A stretch of 64,000 bases of DNA from positions 1-64,000 of the forward strand of contig CAVPGK010000011.1 in NCBI GenBank assembly GCA_963703955.1. The letters are read 5' to 3'. The stretch is from Nitrospirota bacterium (lineage in GTDB: Bacteria > Nitrospirota > Nitrospiria > Nitrospirales > Nitrospiraceae). The notes under the pieces are model-generated. The model saw only the letters and a list, made by a program, of their open reading frames with translations, did not search any database and had not been told where the DNA came from. Positions 60,987 through 64,000 of the stretch are shown here, piece after piece (positions within the stretch are counted from its first letter, which is position 1; every line of letters starts with the position of its first letter). The position numbers were made by a program, and so were the translations under genes.

Positions 60987-62345
60987 CTACGCCTTCTTCT
61001 GATACGTTCCCTGGTGCTTAATCCAATCGCACCCTTTGTCTGGGTTCGTGTACTCACTCCATGGTTCAGGCTTTACCAATCCTTTCGATCGCGACACCAC
61101 TTTGAATTGGCCGTCTTTGAGAATTTCGCCGATCAGCACCGGCTTATGGGTGTGGTGATTGGCCTCATCCATCTTGATCTTTCCGCCCGGCGCGAGAAAT
61201 TCCTGTCCGTATACCGCCTTCCGAACCGCATCCACATCGGTCTTGCCGGCTTTCTCCACAGCCTGCTTCCACACGTAGACGCCAAAATACGCCGCTTCAA
61301 TCGGATCGTCTGTCACGCGCTTTTCGCCGTCCGGCAGGTTACTTTTCTTGCAATAGGCTTTGAAGTTGGCGACGAACTGTTTGTTCTGCGGCGTATCGAC
61401 GCTTTGGTAATAGTTCCAGGCGGCCAGATGTCCGACCAGCGCGGTCGTATCCATGCCCCGCAATTCGTCCTCAGCCACGCTGAAGGCCATGATGGGCGCG
61501 TCTTCGGCGCGCAACCCTTGGTTGGCGAACTCCTTGTAGAACGGCACATTGCTGTCGCCGTTAATCGTGCTGATCACACACGCGCCGCCGCCGGCTGCGA
61601 ATTTCTTGATCTTGCCGACGATTGTTTGATAATCCTGATGATGGAACGGCGTGTACTCCTCCATGATGTTGGCCTCCGGCACTTTCTTCGCCAGCAGCAT
61701 CGCTCGCAGAATCTTGTTCGTCGTGCCTGGGATAGACATAGTCGGTCCCCAACAGATAGAACTTCTTGTGGTCCGCCGCCCTCCTTGCTCATGAGATACT
61801 CCACCGCCGGGACGGCCTGCTGGTTTACCGCCGCGCCGGTATAGAAGACATTGCGTGAGCATTCCTCGCCTTCGTACTGGACGGGGTAGAACAGCAGGCC
61901 GTTGTTCTTCTCGAAGACCGGGAGCACAGACTTCCGGCTGACCGAGGTCCAGCAGCCGAAGACGACCGCCACCTTGTCCTGAAGCAACAGCTGCTTGGCC
62001 TTTTCGGCAAACAGGTCCCAATTCGACGCGGGATCCACTACCACCGGTTGGATCTTGCGGCCCAGTAGCGCCGCCTTTTGCGTTGATCTCTTCGACCGCC
62101 ATCAGCACGACATCGCGCAAGGACACCTCGCTGATCGCCATGGTGCCGCTCAAGGAATGCAAGACGCCGATCTTGATCGGGTCCTTGTCGGCCGCATACG
62201 AAAGTGCCCAATTGCCGAGGTTGCCTAGGAGAGCCGCCACACCGAACCCGGCGGCGGCCTTCGTGCTGTTTGTCAAAAACTGGCGCCGCGATTGATTGCT
62301 GTCGTTTTCTTCCTTCGGGATACTGTTTGATCCAATCGGTTTCAT
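60987..62345 (-). CDS. urtA: Urea ABC transporter substrate-binding protein, Tat signal (frameshifts near 62060 and 61730-61780)
   Basis: [45 protein letters not shown] and [10 protein letters not shown]. Confidence 0.93.
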   Translation of the reverse strand: MKPIGSNSIPKEENDSNQSRRQFLTNSTKAAAGFGVAALLGNLGNWALSYAADKDPIKIGVLHSLSGTMAISEVSLRDVVLMAVEEINAKGGATGPQDPTGGSGSRVELGPVCRKGQAAVASGQGGGRLRLLDLGQPEVCAPGLREEQRPAVLPRPVRRRGMLTQCLLYRRGGKPAGRPGGGVSHEQGGRRTTRSSICWGPTMSIPGTTNKILRAMLLAKKVPEANIMEEYTPFHHQDYQTIVGKIKKFAAGGGACVISTINGDSNVPFYKEFANQGLRAEDAPIMAFSVAEDELRGMDTTALVGHLAAWNYYQSVDTPQNKQFVANFKAYCKKSNLPDGEKRVTDDPIEAAYFGVYVWKQAVEKAGKTDVDAVRKAVYGQEFLAPGGKIKMDEANHHTHKPVLIGEILKDGQFKVVSRSKGLVKPEPWSEYTNPDKGCDWIKHQGTYQKKA

Positions 62346-62373
62346 TGTCTTGTCCCTTTCTTGTCTACAGATT

Positions 62374-62501
62374 ACAAGATGCTCAAGACGCACCTACCAA
62401 CGAGGCCGCAGGCGGAGTCAAAACCGGAGGCGTACCTCGGGGGTACGTTGAGGATTTTGCCGAGCCGAGAACGAAGTTGGAGGCCGTTTTTAGCATCTTG
62501 T
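62374..62501. repeat. MITE-like element with 10-bp terminal inverted repeats, between porin and urtA
   Basis: ACAAGATGCT..AGCATCTTGT, with central hairpin CGTACCtcggggGGTACG-like. Confidence 0.7.
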
Positions 62502-64000
62502 CAAGAAGTTGTACCAGAAGGAGAGCATATAGTTATCTCCAGCAAACTTCTGCCCGTTCGACCATTCAGTCCATACATAGTTCCATTCGAGTCCGGTGTA
62601 GAAGTCCGCCCACACATGATATATTCCCGACAGATAGGTTCGTTGGTTAATCAAATATTGTTGGTCCGCCGGGATGCCTCCTGCGGCAGCGCCTGCCAAA
62701 TCCGAATTGAGAGGATTGTCGAAACCATAGCCGGCGAGGAACGTAAAGTCTGATGAATGGGCGTAGCTGAACTGCGCGCCGGCCAACCATGGTGCGAACC
62801 GGCAGCCCGGTGATCAGGTTCAGGCTTTGCGCATAGCGAAAGAACTCCACATCGAGCGCCTGGCCATAAGCGATCTCTCCGGAGAACTTCACCTTCTTCG
62901 TAATCGGAACAACCAGCTCCCCGCCGACGACATACGAATTGATGTCGTTGCCTGACGGAAGGAGCGGAACGCCGGTCAGAGATGTTGCAGCCGGTGAAAC
63001 CGGAGCAGAACGGTAGTACCGGTAGGCCGCACTGACAGCTATCGAAAACCCTTGCAATGATCCCGTTCCTCCCGTAGGCTAGCCGAGCGCCGGCGTACGG
63101 CATCTTGACCGGATCATTGAACGCGTTCTCCGAGCAAGTAAAGTTGGAAGGTTGACCACTGCACGTACCGCTGAAGGCGCCGGCGCCATGGCCGGTAAAC
63201 GGTTGCCGCTGCGTGTAGGGATTGATGGCCGACAGACCGCGCTCAAACCGAAATGCGGTCAGCAGTCCCTTCAATATTGTCCGTGAAACTATGGCGAACG
63301 GTGACCTCGTGGAAGGCGCTGCCACAGATTTCCACCGTACCCCATGATTGAGAAGTCGATGAGGTCCGGGTGCAGCGCCATGACCGGCGTCCAGTCTTGG
63401 CCGACGGTCAGACTCGTACGTTTGTAGGCGTATGAGGCGTTTGCCAGACGAAGACGTGGCGGGAGGTTCCGGCGTTGTCGTCTGTCCGTAGAAGTCGATT
63501 TCGACGACGCCTTTCAAAGTATGCACGTCGTCCGTTCGAGCCGCGCGAATACCAAGGACGCTGTATCGAGGGTTAAGGGTGCTTGAAGAATTGCTGCTCT
63601 GACCGGCCGCTGTGGCGTATCCATTGAACTGTCCTGGATCGAGGGGGTTCATGTTTCGGTTGCTGTAAATGGCATCTAGCTCGACCCGTCCATACGGCGT
63701 GATGCTGCCCTTGGGGCTCTCCGCCGGAGTCGGGACCTGCTGCTGCCGGGTCACCCGGCCAGCTCCTTCCGCCTCGCTCGCCTTAGGGGTGACGACACCC
63801 GTCTCGCCCACCTCCTCACCGACCTGTTTCATCTGCTCAGCTTTTTCCTTAGGCGTGATCTCACCGAATTCCTCCTTCTGCTGTCGTATAACCCGACCGC
63901 CTCCTTCCTCCTGGCCCGCCGGTTCCTGTGCGAGAACCGACCGGATGGGGTACGTCGAATTCAGCCCCAGAACTACTCCAAGGACAAGCAATACGAGGCT
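62490..64000 (-). CDS. Outer-membrane porin (FmdC/DcaP-like), frameshifted, 5' end at the window edge
   Basis: Signal peptide, PYGRVELDAIY, LKGVVEIDFYG, TVGQDWTP, FSGEIAYGQ and terminal SFWYNF, upstream of urtA. Confidence 0.75.

Noticed and set aside
1..64000. CRISPR array, tRNA or rRNA genes
   Set aside because: I saw no regularly spaced repeat-spacer units and no recognisable tRNA or rRNA sequence by eye. A covariance-model scan was not run.

Overview
A 64-kb GC-rich bacterial chromosomal window, most likely from Nitrospira/Nitrospiraceae. This is inferred from gene content and intergenic repeat style, not from a database search. From left to right it holds: (1) a phosphate/polyphosphate cluster (pstB, phoU, ppx, a tandem pair of thymidylate-kinase-like P-loop genes, sixA); (2) an arsenic operon arsR-arsM-acr3-arsC with two ATCAA-N6-TTGAT operators; (3) housekeeping and envelope genes (response regulator, DEAD-box helicase, RRM protein, DUF62, comM, Kelch protein, GAF-GspE/PilB ATPase, trpG, diguanylate cyclase, CNNM, rlpA, PBP1B, ampG, mtaB, miaB); (4) a class II ribonucleotide reductase nrdJ with two endonuclease-bearing inteins, preceded by paired NrdR boxes and DnaA-like boxes; (5) an ~18.5-kb urea locus (porin-urtABCDE, a second porin, a UT-family channel, ureABCFG, a third barrel, ureD, no ureE) interrupted by an IS3 element. 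Many genes carry 1-bp indels that look like unpolished long-read errors, so several coordinates are approximate. The main leads are: a possible heteromeric polyphosphate kinase pair, a synonymously recoded duplicate of the urtE 3' end, an in-frame palindrome inside an intein endonuclease, a sigma54-preceded 27-aa membrane peptide, a CTG-initiated porin, and a trpE/diguanylate-cyclase breakpoint. I saw no rRNA, tRNA or CRISPR array.
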